Shown here: positions 12,761 through 25,928 of the stretch, piece after piece
Layout of the letters: each line of letters begins with the position of its first letter
How positions within the stretch are numbered: position 1 is the first letter of the stretch
Source of the DNA: Geosiphon pyriformis uo1
Taxonomy: Eukaryota; Fungi; Glomeromycota
Reading direction: 5' to 3'
DNA length: 64,000 nucleotides
Assembly: GCA_016748015.1 (NCBI GenBank)
Contig: JAAOMT010000372.1
Coordinates: 310,001 to 374,000 of the forward strand
Program-made: the position numbers and the translations under genes
Notes under the pieces: generated by a model
Database searches by the model: none
The model's input: the letters and a program-made list of their open reading frames with translations, nothing else
What the model was told of the DNA's origin: nothing

Positions 12761-14080
12761 ATGATAATAGACTTGAACAACTACTCTGCCTTAATGGAAT
12801 TTTTGGGTAAAGAACAATACCCATCAGAATACATTTGACAGCAAAGAAAACATTTGCACAAACAATCAAATTTCTATTTGATTCACCAAAACCAACTATA
12901 TAAAAGAAATTGAAAAGATCTTAACTGCCCTCAGAGAGTTATTAGATTTGAAGAAAAAGAAATTTTAATATACAATATGCACACTAACCCATTAACTAGA
13001 CACTTTGGAAAAACAAAAACAATTCAGAAAACTTTAGCTCATTATTATTGGCCTACCTTAGGAAAAAACATTGCTGAATACATCAAAATCTGTGACATCT
13101 GCCAAAGAAAAAGCAAACCCAATTGCAAAGAAGATATCCATCCAATTTTTGTTGGTCAACTATTTGATAAAATTGGTATAGATGTTGTTGGATCTTTAAC
13201 AATAACTCTTGATGGCAATAGATAGATTATTACAGCTACTGACTATCTTACAAAGTGGGTAGAAGCAAGAGCCACCTCAGACCAAACAGCAGTTTCAATA
13301 GCCAATTTTATTTATGAAGATATTATCTGCTGTCATGGCTGCCCCAAAGAACTTTTATCTGATAGAGAAAGAGCTTTTTTCAGTACACTGGTTGAAGAAC
13401 TTTGTAGAAAAATGGGAATATGTCATAAACTTTCCTTCTTTTAACACCTCTAAACAAATGGCTTAATGAAATGTTTCAATAGAACACTATGTGAAACTCT
13501 AGCCAAAACCAGTAAAAAAACAAACTTATGAGACAAAGTACTACCTTCAGCTTTGTTTGCTTATAGAACTGTGAATCATAACATAACAAGTTATGAACTT
13601 TTTTATCTGCTCTATGAATGCATAGCAATACTATCAATAGAAACTGACATTGAAACAATACCCTTTGAAAAGATCACAATAGGAAATTACAAAGACATTT
13701 TGCAAAGAAAACTTGGTACCATTCTTGACTCCTTGGTAGAAGCACAAATAATTGCTTTTGAAAAGATAAAACAGTTTCAAGAAAAGCTTAAGAAAAAGAA
13801 AGTCTATAAAAAACTTTCTTTAAGTATTAGTGACTTGATACTAGAATACCATTCTAACAGAGACAATGTTTATGGTAATAAATTCTCTAGCCAATGAAAA
13901 AAACTTTTTATAGTCAACAAAGTTTTGAACAATAGTTCTTATATTCTTCAAGATCAATCTGAAACAATCTTCAATAATTGTTCTGTTTATGATACATGAT
14001 TCAAAAAATATTATAAACGACCTGATTGGCTGCTTGTTGTGGTAATACTGACTCAAATAATCAGCAAAAATCAAGTATAA
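12761..14080 (+). pseudogene. Integrase of C1 (separate ORF)
   Basis: HHCC domain (HTNPLTRH...CDIC), IGIDVVG, LSDR and a GPF-like C-terminus; no chromodomain evident. Confidence 0.88.
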
Positions 14081-14121
14081 ATAAATGCACTATTCCCAAA
14101 ACAGAGGTATTTTTAATCAAC

Positions 14122-14780
14122 ATGAACAATTATTTTCTGGATCAAAACATTCAAAATGCCTTCTATACTTTCCATGAGTATTGGATCAAAAACTATCCAA
14201 ATACTACTTTGACTATTGGAAAACAAACCACCATAATTGATAACAATGAAACACATAATGTTATTAGACCAAAGAAAACTACTACCAGAAGAGAAAAAAT
14301 TGGTAATAATATGAATAAATATCTGTTAAAAAGTATAACAACAGCTATACTTCCACTTTCCAATACAATTAAAAAAACACTCCAAAAAATCTTATCCATA
14401 GACAAAAACTTATCATATGGAAGACAATTGGAACTCTATGGTTGCCATGAAAAAATTATAGAAGATATGAAACTCATGAAGAAAACAACTTTAGAGATAC
14501 AAGCAGAAATTTTGGACATTATATAATTAGATGTCCCAAGAGTTTTAACTATTGCTAAAAGAGCCAAAACTCTAATACAAAAATTTTGTCTCTTGGATAC
14601 AAAACTCATTTTGTCTCAAGTGTTATATATTTTATCTATAAAAGATTTCAACAAACTAGTTAGCTTTGAGTTAGATAAAACTTTTTAATTAGATTACACC
14701 ATAAATAACTTGATTTCACTGAAGCTCAATCTTTTTGAAAAGAATGATATTACAATTGAAACTTATACTTCTTATTAATT
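14122..14780 (+). pseudogene. ORF3 of unknown function downstream of integrase (C1)
   Basis: MNNYFLDQN... is conserved in all three C copies (also 26876..27193 and 49751..50344). Confidence 0.7.
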
Positions 14781-16729
14781 ATTACATGTATTAGCCACTG
14801 ATGTCATATAATTAGCCATTCTATTTTTAGAAGGTGATCATTGACTTGATCATTAAACTGACCATTGACTTGATCAATAATCTGATCATTGACCTGATCA
14901 TTGACCATTTTTGATAGCTATATAAACAATGAATTTCTTAACTGTAGAAAAGTATATAAGAATCAAAGAAAAAAATAAAATAAAATAACAACTTTTATTT
15001 CAATTATTCTCTTATTACTAATTTCTCTTTCTCTATCTTCAAGTATCTGAACATCTTGAGATAAAAAATTACTTGGTTATTCCTTACTCTTTTCCTGAAA
15101 CATATAATTGCAGCATTTGAAGATTATTGAATAAAAATGTAATTGAAGAGTACATCTAATATCTGATATTGAATTTTAAGAGCACTGACATTGTTACAGA
15201 TAATTATTTAGGGTCTTAAATCAAATAACAAACTCATAACTTGGTGTTCAATTGATATAATGTTGTTGGTAATATCTGAAGGTATTGTTATCTAAAGGTT
15301 TTGGTTGAGTTCTTTGTATAATGAACAAAGATTCAATAAGATTGATGGTAGTTGTATTCTCAAGTTGTTTTCCCAGTTTCTGTTTTCAGTGTAGTGGCTG
15401 GTTTAATCTGGCAGTTGTGTCCTTCTGGTAAGCTCTCTATTAATATATATATATAATTTTATCTTTATTTCTGGATCTTTTACCAGGCTATCCGTGATGT
15501 CAATAACTCAGCGCTTAATCCTTTTAATCAATTTAGTAAACAACAAAAGAAAATAAAATAAAATAAAGAAAATAAAAGAAAATAAAGAAATAAGAAAATA
15601 AAATAAAAAATAAGTGTCCTGTTAATAGCCATGATCAAGAGCTATTGTGCCAGCAGGTTACATAGTGGATAATAACATGGATTTGAAGAATTAAAGAGAT
15701 ATTTTATTTATATAATTCTATTTCAGTTGATAGGAACTATCCTTGAAATGAGGGTTAATATGTAAAGAAGAAAGGAGATTGTTCTAAATTAATAAAACTC
15801 TATTGAATTCTCCAAAAATTGCTTTTTCTGCTTTTAACACTCTTACTATATATATATAATTTATGTTATATGAGATCACTCACATTTTTGAGTAATATGC
15901 TATGATTTTTTGAGCAATATGTCTTAATTTTCTAATATCGCTCCATATTGCTGAGCAATGTGCCATGTTTTCTAACATTGCTCTACATTGCTGAGCAATG
16001 TGTTCACGTGCTAAATACTATTTACTTATTGGTCTACTATTTTCCTATATCTGTTTTCTTTTTATGAGTAATATTATCTCCTCCTTTTTAATATTGAGCT
16101 CTGTCAAAATCTTCTAAATCTCTCTTTTGTATCAATGTTGTTGTTGTAATTTTTATTGCTATTTATAAATCTAATTTTATACGTGACTGGTGTTTTTAAC
16201 TATAATAGTCTGTTCAGAATATTCATATTCAAATCTTGCATCTGTATTATGTGTATGTTTAGACATAATGCTCTCATTATTATCACTGAATTAAGTTAAT
16301 TCTTGCTCCATTGTAAGATCTAGAAGTGTAATATATTGTTTGATGTTTGAAGCAAAGTTTGAATTATTGTTGACAAAGTTTAAATTATTGTTTGTCATTA
16401 GTGGAGTTTGAATCATTGTTGTCATCAGTGGAGTTTAAATTGTTGTTGTTATTAGTAGAGTTTGAATTGTTACTGTCATTAGTGGAGTTTGAATTATTGC
16501 TGTTATCAGTAGAGTTTGAATCGGGATTAAGTTCTGATTCTAATTCCCATTTGTTCTCACTGATTGGCTCTTCTTTGAATATATAATGCATGGGAATGGA
16601 TTGTGACTATGTCCCAATATTCTGACTCAGGGCTATCAGGTAAGTTTTGCTGATTTATTGGTACTGTAGGAATTAGGTTTTATTGGACTATCAGAGATAA
16701 GTTTCCTTGTATAATAGTAAGGTTTAAAA

Positions 16730-17180
16730 TTTATTGGACTTTGAATGTTCAGGTTTTTGGATAATTCCTGGAGTTTGAATTGCTAGAGATTTAACGAGTT
16801 TTATCGACGGTAAGTTTCTTTGTATGATAGTGGGATTGGAATTATTGGGTTTCGAATGTTTGGGTTTTTGAATAATCAGGTCTTGAATAATCAGAGTTTT
16901 AATTTAACAAGTTTTTAACAAATTTATCAAAGGTAAGTTTCAAAAGTTCAGGGTTTTAATGATTGGGTTTTGAATAAACAGAGTTTTAATTTAATGAGTT
17001 TTAATGAATTTATCAATAGTAATTTTCGAATGTTTAGGGTTTTAATGATTGGGTTTTGAATAATCAGAGTTTTAATTTAACGAGTTTTTAACAAATTTAT
17101 CAAAGGTAAGTTTCGAATGGTCAGAGTTTTAATAATCAGGTCTTGAATAATCAAAATTTTTAATTTAACAAGATTTTCAA
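16730..17180. repeat. Degenerate ~60-80 bp tandem repeats inside B2
   Basis: Recurring TTTGAATAATCAGAGTTTTAATTTAACGAGTTTT...AAGGTAAGTTTCGAATG units. Confidence 0.75.
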
Positions 17181-17294
17181 AGGTAATAGTAAAATAAAGA
17201 TTTCATGAATTCTAAGTGATTTTTTCTTGTTTTCTTTTGGTCTGCCACTTTTTTGCATGGTTGTTGTTAATACTGGTTCTTTGTTGGATTATAT

Positions 17295-17310
17295 CTCACA
17301 GAGAGCACCA
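17295..17310 (-). promoter_or_regulatory. Family B primer-binding site (elongator tRNA-Met type)
   Basis: Minus strand TGGTGCTCTCTGTGAG, 2 nt from the LTR end. Confidence 0.78.
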
Positions 17311-18450
17311 AATGTTACAGATAATTATTTGGGGTCTCAAATCAAATAACAAACCCGTAACTTGGTGCTCAATTGATATAATGTTGTTGGTAATATCTGA
17401 AGGTATTATTATCTGAAAGTTTTGGTTGAGTTCTTTGTATAATAAACAGAGATTCAATAAGATTAATGGTGATTGTATTCTCAAGTTGTTTTTTCAATTT
17501 CTGTCTTCAGCATGGTGGCTGGTTTAATCTAACAGTCATGTCCTTCTAGTAAGCTATTCATTAATATATATATATAATTCTATTCTTATTTTTGGGTTTT
17601 TTACCAGACTATCTATGATGTCAATAACTCAGCATTTAATTCTTTTAATTAATTTAGTGAACAACAAAAGAAAAGAAAATAAAATAAAGAAAATAAAGAA
17701 ATAAGAAAATAAAATAAGAAATAAGTGTCTTGTTAATAGCCATGATTAAGAGCTATTGTGCCAGCAGGTTACATAGTGAATAATAACATAGATTCAAAGA
17801 ATTAAAGAAATATTTTATTTACATAATTCTATTTCGGTTGATAACAACTATCCTTGAAATGAGAATTAATACGTAGAAAAGAAAAGAGATTGTTCTAAAT
17901 TAATAAAACTCTATTGAATTCTCCAGGAATTGCTTTTTCTGCTTTTAACACTCTTACTATATATATATAATTTATGTTATATAAGATTGCTCACATTCTT
18001 GAGTAATGTGCTATGATTTTTTGAGCAATACTCACATTGTTAAGCAATGTGCTTTAATTTTCTAACATCACTCCACATTGCTGAACAATGTGCCGTGTTT
18101 TCTGACATTGCTTTACATTGCTGAACAATATGTTCATGTGCTAAATACTATTCACTTATTGGTCTACTATTTTCCTATATCTGTTTTTTTTTTATGAGTA
18201 ATAATATGAGGCATAAAATTATACTAAGCATGATTATTTGTTGATAGTATGAACTATCCTTCTATCTTTAGATTCTCTGGTTATTTTTGAAAAGTATAGT
18301 GACTAAGATATTTTATGAACCTGATTTCACACATTGAATCCATACTTATTCAATTTGCTTTTTGAAGTTGAATTCCCTTTGATTCCTTTTATTACTCTAC
18401 AATCCTGTTCTCTTTTGCTATTTATTAGCTTGTTATTCCAACCTGTAACA

Positions 18451-21400
18451 ACATGAATTTGGTGAATATACATGGAATGTATACAGTAAACAATCCAAAT
18501 AATACATGGGCATCAAATAGAGTACAAAAGAAATTGGACTATGTATTTACTGATATTGTTATAGCCTCATTAGTCACAAATATTGGGATAATTAATATTA
18601 ATGAATCATTTAGCACTGATCACAAAGCAGTAATAACAATCATCCAATCTAATAGAATTTTAGCAGACACTAAAAAATCTAGATCTGAAAGAAAAAAGTG
18701 TAGCACAACTATGATTGATGTTAAAAAAGCATTTGAAGTCCAATGGGAGATCTATGCAAGAGAAACTAATCGACTAACAGATAAAGCACAAAAAAAATCA
18801 GTAGATAACAGCAATAATGATCTAAATCAGATGTGATTTACAATCAAGGAAACTGTGTTACAAGCTGCTGAATGCCTATTAAAAAGGAAAGTGGGAGCCC
18901 AATCTGTATACACAAAAAGGGAATGCATGGATTACAAGCTTGTTAAGATTGTTGCTGATATAATCAAACAAATAAGAGTAAACAATGCAAATATGCATGA
19001 TAACAATATTATGCAGCTCTTGGCCAAATAAAAATGGTTGAAACCTGAGATAGTTAATGCATATCTGATGACTTTCCCAAAAGATAAGCTTATTATAGAA
19101 TTACTAAGTATTAAAAAAGAATACAGATCTACACTGTATGCTAAGATCAGGCTACAACAGCAAAGACAAATAGTGGACAATATCATCAAAAGACAACAGA
19201 ACTTTGAGCTTAACAAAGAATCAATAATCAAAAGCATTATGAACAGAAAAAGACAAAGAATAGTACTAGATCATATTATTAAAGAAAGCAAATTTTATGA
19301 TAATCCTAATGAAATCAAAAAACTAGTAAACAAAAAAGCTCAAGGGTAGACTAGAACAAAAATTTTTGAACTTAAACTATGGAAAAGTTGGGAACACAGG
19401 TTTAAGCTAATTGAGAGCATCCCAAACTATGCTTTTGATAATGTAATGGCTGAAATAACAAATGAAAAATTCAAACACATATTGAGCCACACACTTCATA
19501 ACAAAGCTCCTAGTCTATTAGGCATACAAACTGAACTTTGGAGGAAGGCTGGGCTTAATACCAAGTCTAAACTGAGAACATTGTTTAATGCTTGCATAGA
19601 AACAGCAAACATGTCTAAAGAGTAAAGAATAGCACAAGTTATATTGATTCCAAAGCCAAAAGAATGGGGTGACAATATTGACATCACCAGACTGATCACA
19701 CTTATTGAAAGCACTAGAAAGATCTTAACAAAGATTCTTATTACAAGAATATTAAAAGCATATGAGCTCCACAATATTCTAAAAAGTTATAACACCTCAG
19801 TTTTAAAGAATACCTCTACAGTAGTGCCAATTCATGTGATTAATGCTGTTGCTGAGCATGCAAAAAAATTTGGTAATGAGACTTGGTTTATATTTCAGGA
19901 CATGAAAAAAGCATACGACTTAGTAAGATAAAAACCCATGGAAGCTGCACTAAAAAGAATCAAAATGAACAATAAGTTTACTGAGTTATTTTGCTTGATG
20001 CACAACAATAGAAGCAATAGGATTATTACTGAGTTTGGGTTAAGTGATAAATATCAAATACAGAATGGACTGGATTAGGGGGAGACAAGCTCACCTATTA
20101 TGTGGAGGATTTTCTATAAATTTTTACTGTGCAAAGTAAAACAAGCCAATTACAGCCAAAAATACAAATTAACAGCTGAATGAAAAAAGTAGGACAATCA
20201 AGCAAACACACAATCCTTAATAGCATCAGTAAACCATCTGGTCTTTGTTGATGACACAGTGTGAATAGCTAACTTAAGACTAAGAATGCAGAGTATTCTG
20301 GACACAGCCAGCTTCTTCTTTAGAATGGTGAATATTAAGATTAATTTAGATAAAACTGAAACAATAATGATCAGACCCTCTAAAGGGAGATCATTATTGG
20401 TTAAGTCACTAAAATTTGGTTCAAACAAACAAATCTTGAAATTGCTGGATTCATTTACATGTACCCAATATTTGGAGATATAAATCAGAGTAGATGGAAA
20501 AAATAAAACAGTTTTAAAAATGATAAGATCTGACATTGAAGCAGTATATATAGTTATTAGGAAAAAACACATTACTGAGAAACAGACCATTTATATTTTT
20601 AACAGTGTATTCAGTCCAACAATAGAATTCAGATCTCAATTGACTCATATTCCAAATAGCTGGACTAGAAAATAGACTTTAAAGATTTTGGCCACTGTAA
20701 AAAAAAAAGCAAAACTTTCAGTAAATTTCCCAGCCAGTGCCATGCATCACTTATTCTTGTATAACTTGTTCAAAATTGAGGATATATAAGCAAAAAGCAA
20801 GATTACAGATTTGTTAGTTAGATTGAACAGTACTAATATTGCTAATATGGCTACAAAAATCAGACTAGCCAACTTACAGACATAAAGATGGTCAGCTTAT
20901 AGTATACTTGAATATCCTACCAATGAACAATCTAGGCCAGAAGTTAATCTAATAGCTAATATTATGCAAATAATGGAGAAAAAGGGCATCTCATTCAGAA
21001 GCAATGGTAACACACATGGGATATCTGAATCTTCAAGACCACAGACATATTTAATTGAGACTATCATACCTTTAAGTAAAACCTACACTAAAATTAAAAG
21101 CTTACTAAGAAAGAAAAACATTTTGTACTTATATCAAATACAGAACAAAAATGAGTCATTGATAACATGAATGGAATTCACAAGGAAGTACAGACAAAAC
21201 AATAGTAGTAAAATTCTCAGATGATTTAAAATTTTAGAGTCTATAATTATTATGGATGAGTACAAAAACATTAATATAGCACAATGTAAAGTATTGGGGA
21301 TGCACAAACTGATTAACCAAATCCCAGATGATTTAAAAACAATGCAAAAAGACACTATTTACATCCATATCCCTAACACTTTATTACTATAATAGAGAGG

Positions 21401-22946
21401 TGTATAAGAGAAGTTAAGATTCAGAAAAGAAATAAAAATATCAACAGATGACTCACTGGTAAAAGCTGGTTCTGAGGATGCAAGAAGAACAGCTGTTTTT
21501 ATAACACATAAGATAAAGGCCGAATTTGGTATAATAGTTAATGAAACATTATTGTCAATAAAAACAGAGACAAAGGCTGTATTGTTGGCTTTGGAAACAG
21601 TATCTTACAGATGCAAACTAATTATAAACACAAATAGTCAAGCAATAATGTCAACAGCTCAAAAATGGTTGTTTGAAAATTCTCTCTTGTTTATTAAAAA
21701 TCTCAAAACTTCAAACTGGTGCACATGGAATGCAATCAGAGCAATAATAAGAAAAAAGAAGATTGATCTCAACATGAACAAAGTGGCTGCACATATTGGT
21801 ATATTAGAAAATAAGAAAGCTGACAAACTAGCCAAAGAATCTACTACTCTTGACACAATAAAATGGGCCTACAATGCTAAGGAGATTGTATACATTTTTT
21901 TTTGTAGAGGAGTTGAATTGGATCTAAATATTAAATATTTTCTGAGCAAACAGACTAGTCTTCAAGCAGCTTTGGATTGGATAGATAACAACAAAATCCA
22001 AAAGACAATAGATTCTTTAAACCAAGATATAGACTGGACGTGCACAACTAAGATTTGAAACTAGGATGGTAAAATGTCATTAGAATTCACTTCAGCTGGT
22101 TTTTCAGCAATGCACACATTCATTATAAAATTATTTCACAACATGCTGCCAACAGCAGAGGTGCTATACAACAGACATCCTTTTGTATACCTGAATAATC
22201 TTTGCAAAATATGTCACAGGGAAGTGAAAACCAATTAGCACTTTTGAGAAGGCTCTTTGAATACCCAAGAGGGCAAAATGCTGATTAATGATGTAAGAGA
22301 TAAGTGGATATAATGCCTTTCAGAGACTGTGAAAGGGGAATGTGAAGTCCTAAACACTAATGAGAAGATTGTATTGTCTAATAAATACATTATGTCAATG
22401 TTTAACATAGATCTGCTATGTAAAAAATTAATCAATAAGCAATTTGGTAGAATTAATGCTTTTGCTGACATAGACCTAAAGACTAACAATAACATATTAA
22501 TTAAGATGTGTAAATAGGCAGTTACTTAAGCAAGGAATAGATTGTAGGAAAACGTTGCAAATTACAAACTAAATGGAAAAAATCAATAGATATTGATAAC
22601 AGAGTCAAGAAAAATCCATTTGATGATTTCTATATACATAGCACTTCAAAGAATAGTAGTAGGGATACTGGCAAATCCATAGTCAAAATAGGTAATGTAT
22701 TCATACAGTGTAATAATATACTGATTAATGTTTTTTATGGTAGGAGTACTTTGTTTAATAGTGTGATACTCCATAAATTTTCTGGTTATACTAGCATATA
22801 GTTAGGCATAACCACTTAGTGGTTAGCCACATCTTGTAATTTAGATTATTGGGTGAGTTGGCTTTATAAAAAGATCATGTTTTTTGAGTGTGGCTAAACT
22901 AATAAAAGACTAGCATGACTACACATTAACAAAAAAAAAAAAAAAA
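18451..22946 (+). mobile_element. LINE ORF2 (late APE, RT, RNase H, CCHC), 3' UTR and poly(A); degenerate
   Basis: TWASN..KKLDYVF, FSTDHKAV (APE); IPKPKEW, QDMKKAYD, LVFVDD (RT); KVAAHIGILENKKADKLAK (RNase H); A16 tail at 22931-22946. Confidence 0.9.
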
Positions 22947-23021
22947 TGAAAAAGCCATACTTTATAGTATAGTTAAACTAATAAAAGACCAGCATAACTA
23001 CACATTAACAAAAAAAATAAA
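22947..23021 (+). mobile_element. ~75 bp extra copy of the LINE 3' terminus with A-rich tail
   Basis: Repeats AAAAAGCCAT...AAACTAATAAAAGACCAGCAT...CACATTAAC(A)n. Confidence 0.8.
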
Positions 23022-24526
23022 AGAAGTTGAGGCTCAGAAAGGAAATAGAAATATCAACAGATAACTCATTAATAAAGACTGGTTTTGAGGATGCTAAAAG
23101 AGCAGCCACTTTTGTAACACATGAAATAAAAGCCAACTTTAGTATAACAGTTAATAGAACATTATCATCAACAAAAACTGAGGCAAAAGCTGTATTACTG
23201 GCTTTGAAAACAGTATCTTACAAATGCAAACTGACATTAAACACAGATAGTTAAGCAGTAGTTTTAACAGTTCATAAATAGTTGTCCAAAGATTTTTTCT
23301 TGTCTATTAGGAATCAGCTTAAAACTTCTAACTGGTGCACATAAAATACAATCAAAGCAGTAATAAGTAAAAAAAGAATTGATCTCAACATAAACAAAGT
23401 GGCTACACATACTGGTATTTTAAAAAATGAGATAACTAACAAACTTGCCAAAGAAGCTACTGCTTTTGACACAGTGAAATGGGTTTACAATACTAAGAAT
23501 ATCAGTTACATTTTTTTTTGCAGAGGAATCGAAATGGATCTAAGTATTAGACATTTTCTAAGCCAACAAACTGGGCTTCAAGCAGCTTTGGATTGGAGGA
23601 GCAATAACAAAATCCAAGAGACACCAGGGCTTTTAGACCAAAAAATAGACTGGAAGTACACAATCAAGGTTTGAAACTAGAATGGTAAAATGTTTTTAGG
23701 CTTTATCTTAGCTGGTTCCTTGGCAATGCATATATTTATTATGAAATTATTTCACAACATACTGCCAACAGCAAAGATGTTATACAACAGATGTCTTCTT
23801 GTGTATTTGAACAATTTTTGCAAGATGTGTTACATGAAAGTAAAAACCAATTAGCACTTTTGAGAATGCTTTCTGAATACTTAAAAAAGCAAGATATTAA
23901 TAAAAGATATAAGAAATAAGTAAATGTGGTGCTTATTAAAAGCTGTAGGAGGGAAACAAAAAACCTTAGACTCTGATAAGAGAGTAGTCCTGTCTAATGA
24001 GTACATTATGTTAATATTCAACATAAATCTGCTATGCAAAGGAATAATCAATAAGCAATTTAGAAGAATTAATGCTTTTACTAATATTAATTAAAAGATT
24101 AACAATAATATATTAATTAAGGTATGTAAATGGGCAGTAACTCAAGTAAAAAATAGATTATGAAAGAAATGTTGCAAATTACAAGCAAAATAGAAAAAAT
24201 CAGTAAATATTGATAATAGTGCTAAAAAAAACCTATTAAAAGTATCCAATATACATAAAACACTAAAATTAAAATGAGTGATAGATTCATATATTGTAAT
24301 AAGATACTGGTTAATGTTGTTTGTAGTAAAATTACTCTATGTAATAGTATAATACCCCTTAGGTTTTCTGGTTATACTAGCATGTAGTTAGGCATAACTA
24401 CTTAGTGGTTAGCTATATTTTGTAATTTAGATTATTGGGTAAGTTGGCTTTATAAAAAAGCCATGCTTTTTGAGTATGGCTAAACTAATAAAAGACCAGC
24501 ATGGCTATATGTTAACAAAAAAAAAA
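23022..24526 (+). mobile_element. 5'-truncated copy of the same LINE (RNase H to poly(A))
   Basis: Colinear with ~21408-22946; A tail at 24517-24526. Confidence 0.88.
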
Positions 24527-25143
24527 GGCCAGCTAATAACCCATCCACAATTCAGAAAAAACCTTTATAAATTCTTAATCCCAAAAAAGAAGACACCAAA
24601 AACTAATAAGCACTCTTGCCAAATTGAACCTGCTAACAACAGCAATATTACTTCTCTAATTTGCAAAGCCCAAATGGCTGGCTACTTTATTGATCTGATT
24701 TTAAATAATAGATTATCTGTTAGTATTATTGCCAAACATTTTTTTGAAGCAATTGGCAAAAAAATTAATGAATCTTCAACTAGACCAATAACTAATATAC
24801 ATGGTAACAAGAAAAAAGGTCTGGACATAGCCAAAGCTGTACTTGTTCACATCAATAGCATCAGCATTGAAACTGACATGGAAGTATCTGAAGCAAAAAA
24901 GTACACCATAATTTTTGGCAATAAATGGCTCAAGAAAGCCAAAGCACTACTTGACTATAAACTTTGTGAACTAACCATCAGATATAGTAAGAAGCCTATT
25001 GTAGTTAAGTGCCATTATTAGACAATCTCTCTAATACCCAAGTAAAATCAAGAAGATAAACAATCAGATAAATCAGATAATGATAAAAGCAATAAAAAAG
25101 AAGATTAAAAAGAACAAGAAGAAACTGCTGAATTTGTTTATAC
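24527..25143 (+). mobile_element. Family C protease-region fragment (C4)
   Basis: GQLITHPQFRK...FIDLILNNRLSVSII, homologous to 10340-10950. Confidence 0.85.
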
Positions 25144-25928
25144 TGTTATAGGTTGAAATAACAAGCTAATGAATAACAAGAGAGAACAAGATTGTAGGGT
25201 GATAAAGAAATCAAAGAGAATTCAATTTCAAAGAATGAATTGAATAAGTATGGATTCAATGTAGAAGATCAGTCTCATAAAATATCTCAGTCACTATATT
25301 TTTTAAAAGATAACTAAGAAATCTGAAGGTAAAAAAATAGTCTGTACTGTCAAAAAATAATTACACACTGGTATAATTCTATGCTTTATGTCAGTGTTCT
25401 TAGAATTCAATATTAGGTATCAGATGTACTCTTCAGTCACATTTTATTCAATAATCTTTAAATGTTACAATTACACATTTCAGAAAAAAAGTAGAAAATA
25501 ACCAACAAGTAATCTTTTATCCAAAAATGTTCAGATACTTAAAGATAGAAAAAGGAAAATTAGCAATAAAAAAATAATTAAAATAAAAGTTGTTATTCTA
25601 TTTATTTATTTTCTTATATGCTTTTTTATAGCTAAGAGATTCATTACTTATATAGCTATCAAAAGTGGTTAATGATCAGGTCAATGATTAGATCAATAAT
25701 CAAATCAATAATCAGGTCAATGGTCAGGTCAATGATTACTATTTAAAAATAGAATGGCTAATTATATAACATTAATGGCTAATACATATAATAATTAATA
25801 AGAAGTATAGGTTTCAACTATAATATTATCTTTTCTAAAGAAATTAAGCTTTGATGAAATCAGGCTATTCATAGTGTAATTTATTTGAAGAGTTTTATCT
25901 AACTCAAAGCTAACTAGTTTGTTAATAT

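Larger units (their letters stand above)
15192..18203 (-). mobile_element. Family B internally deleted (non-autonomous) element B2, inserted in the C1 3' LTR
   Basis: LTRs 15192-16073 and 17313-18203; polypurine tract 16074-16088; PBS 17295-17310; 4-bp target-site duplication (TSD) ACAT/ATAT; the C LTR sequence resumes after 18207. Confidence 0.92.
7729..18450 (+). mobile_element. Ty3/Gypsy LTR retrotransposon family C, copy C1 (3' LTR interrupted by B2)
   Basis: 5' LTR 7729-8419; PBS 8426-8444; gag, protease (LILDSG), RT (YLDD), RNase H (YTDTSG), integrase; polypurine tract ~14737-14747; 3' LTR 14748-15191 plus ~18208-18450. Confidence 0.93.

Noticed and set aside
8637-14526. Alternative genetic code or stop readthrough explaining the many in-frame stops
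   Set aside because: Most stops differ between copies and arise from TGG/CAA/CGA transitions; the two host genes use the standard code.
18451-25143. Simple inversion between C1 and C2 explaining both mismatched flanks
   Set aside because: Reverse-complementing the segment does not restore the C1 TSD or rejoin the flanking elements.
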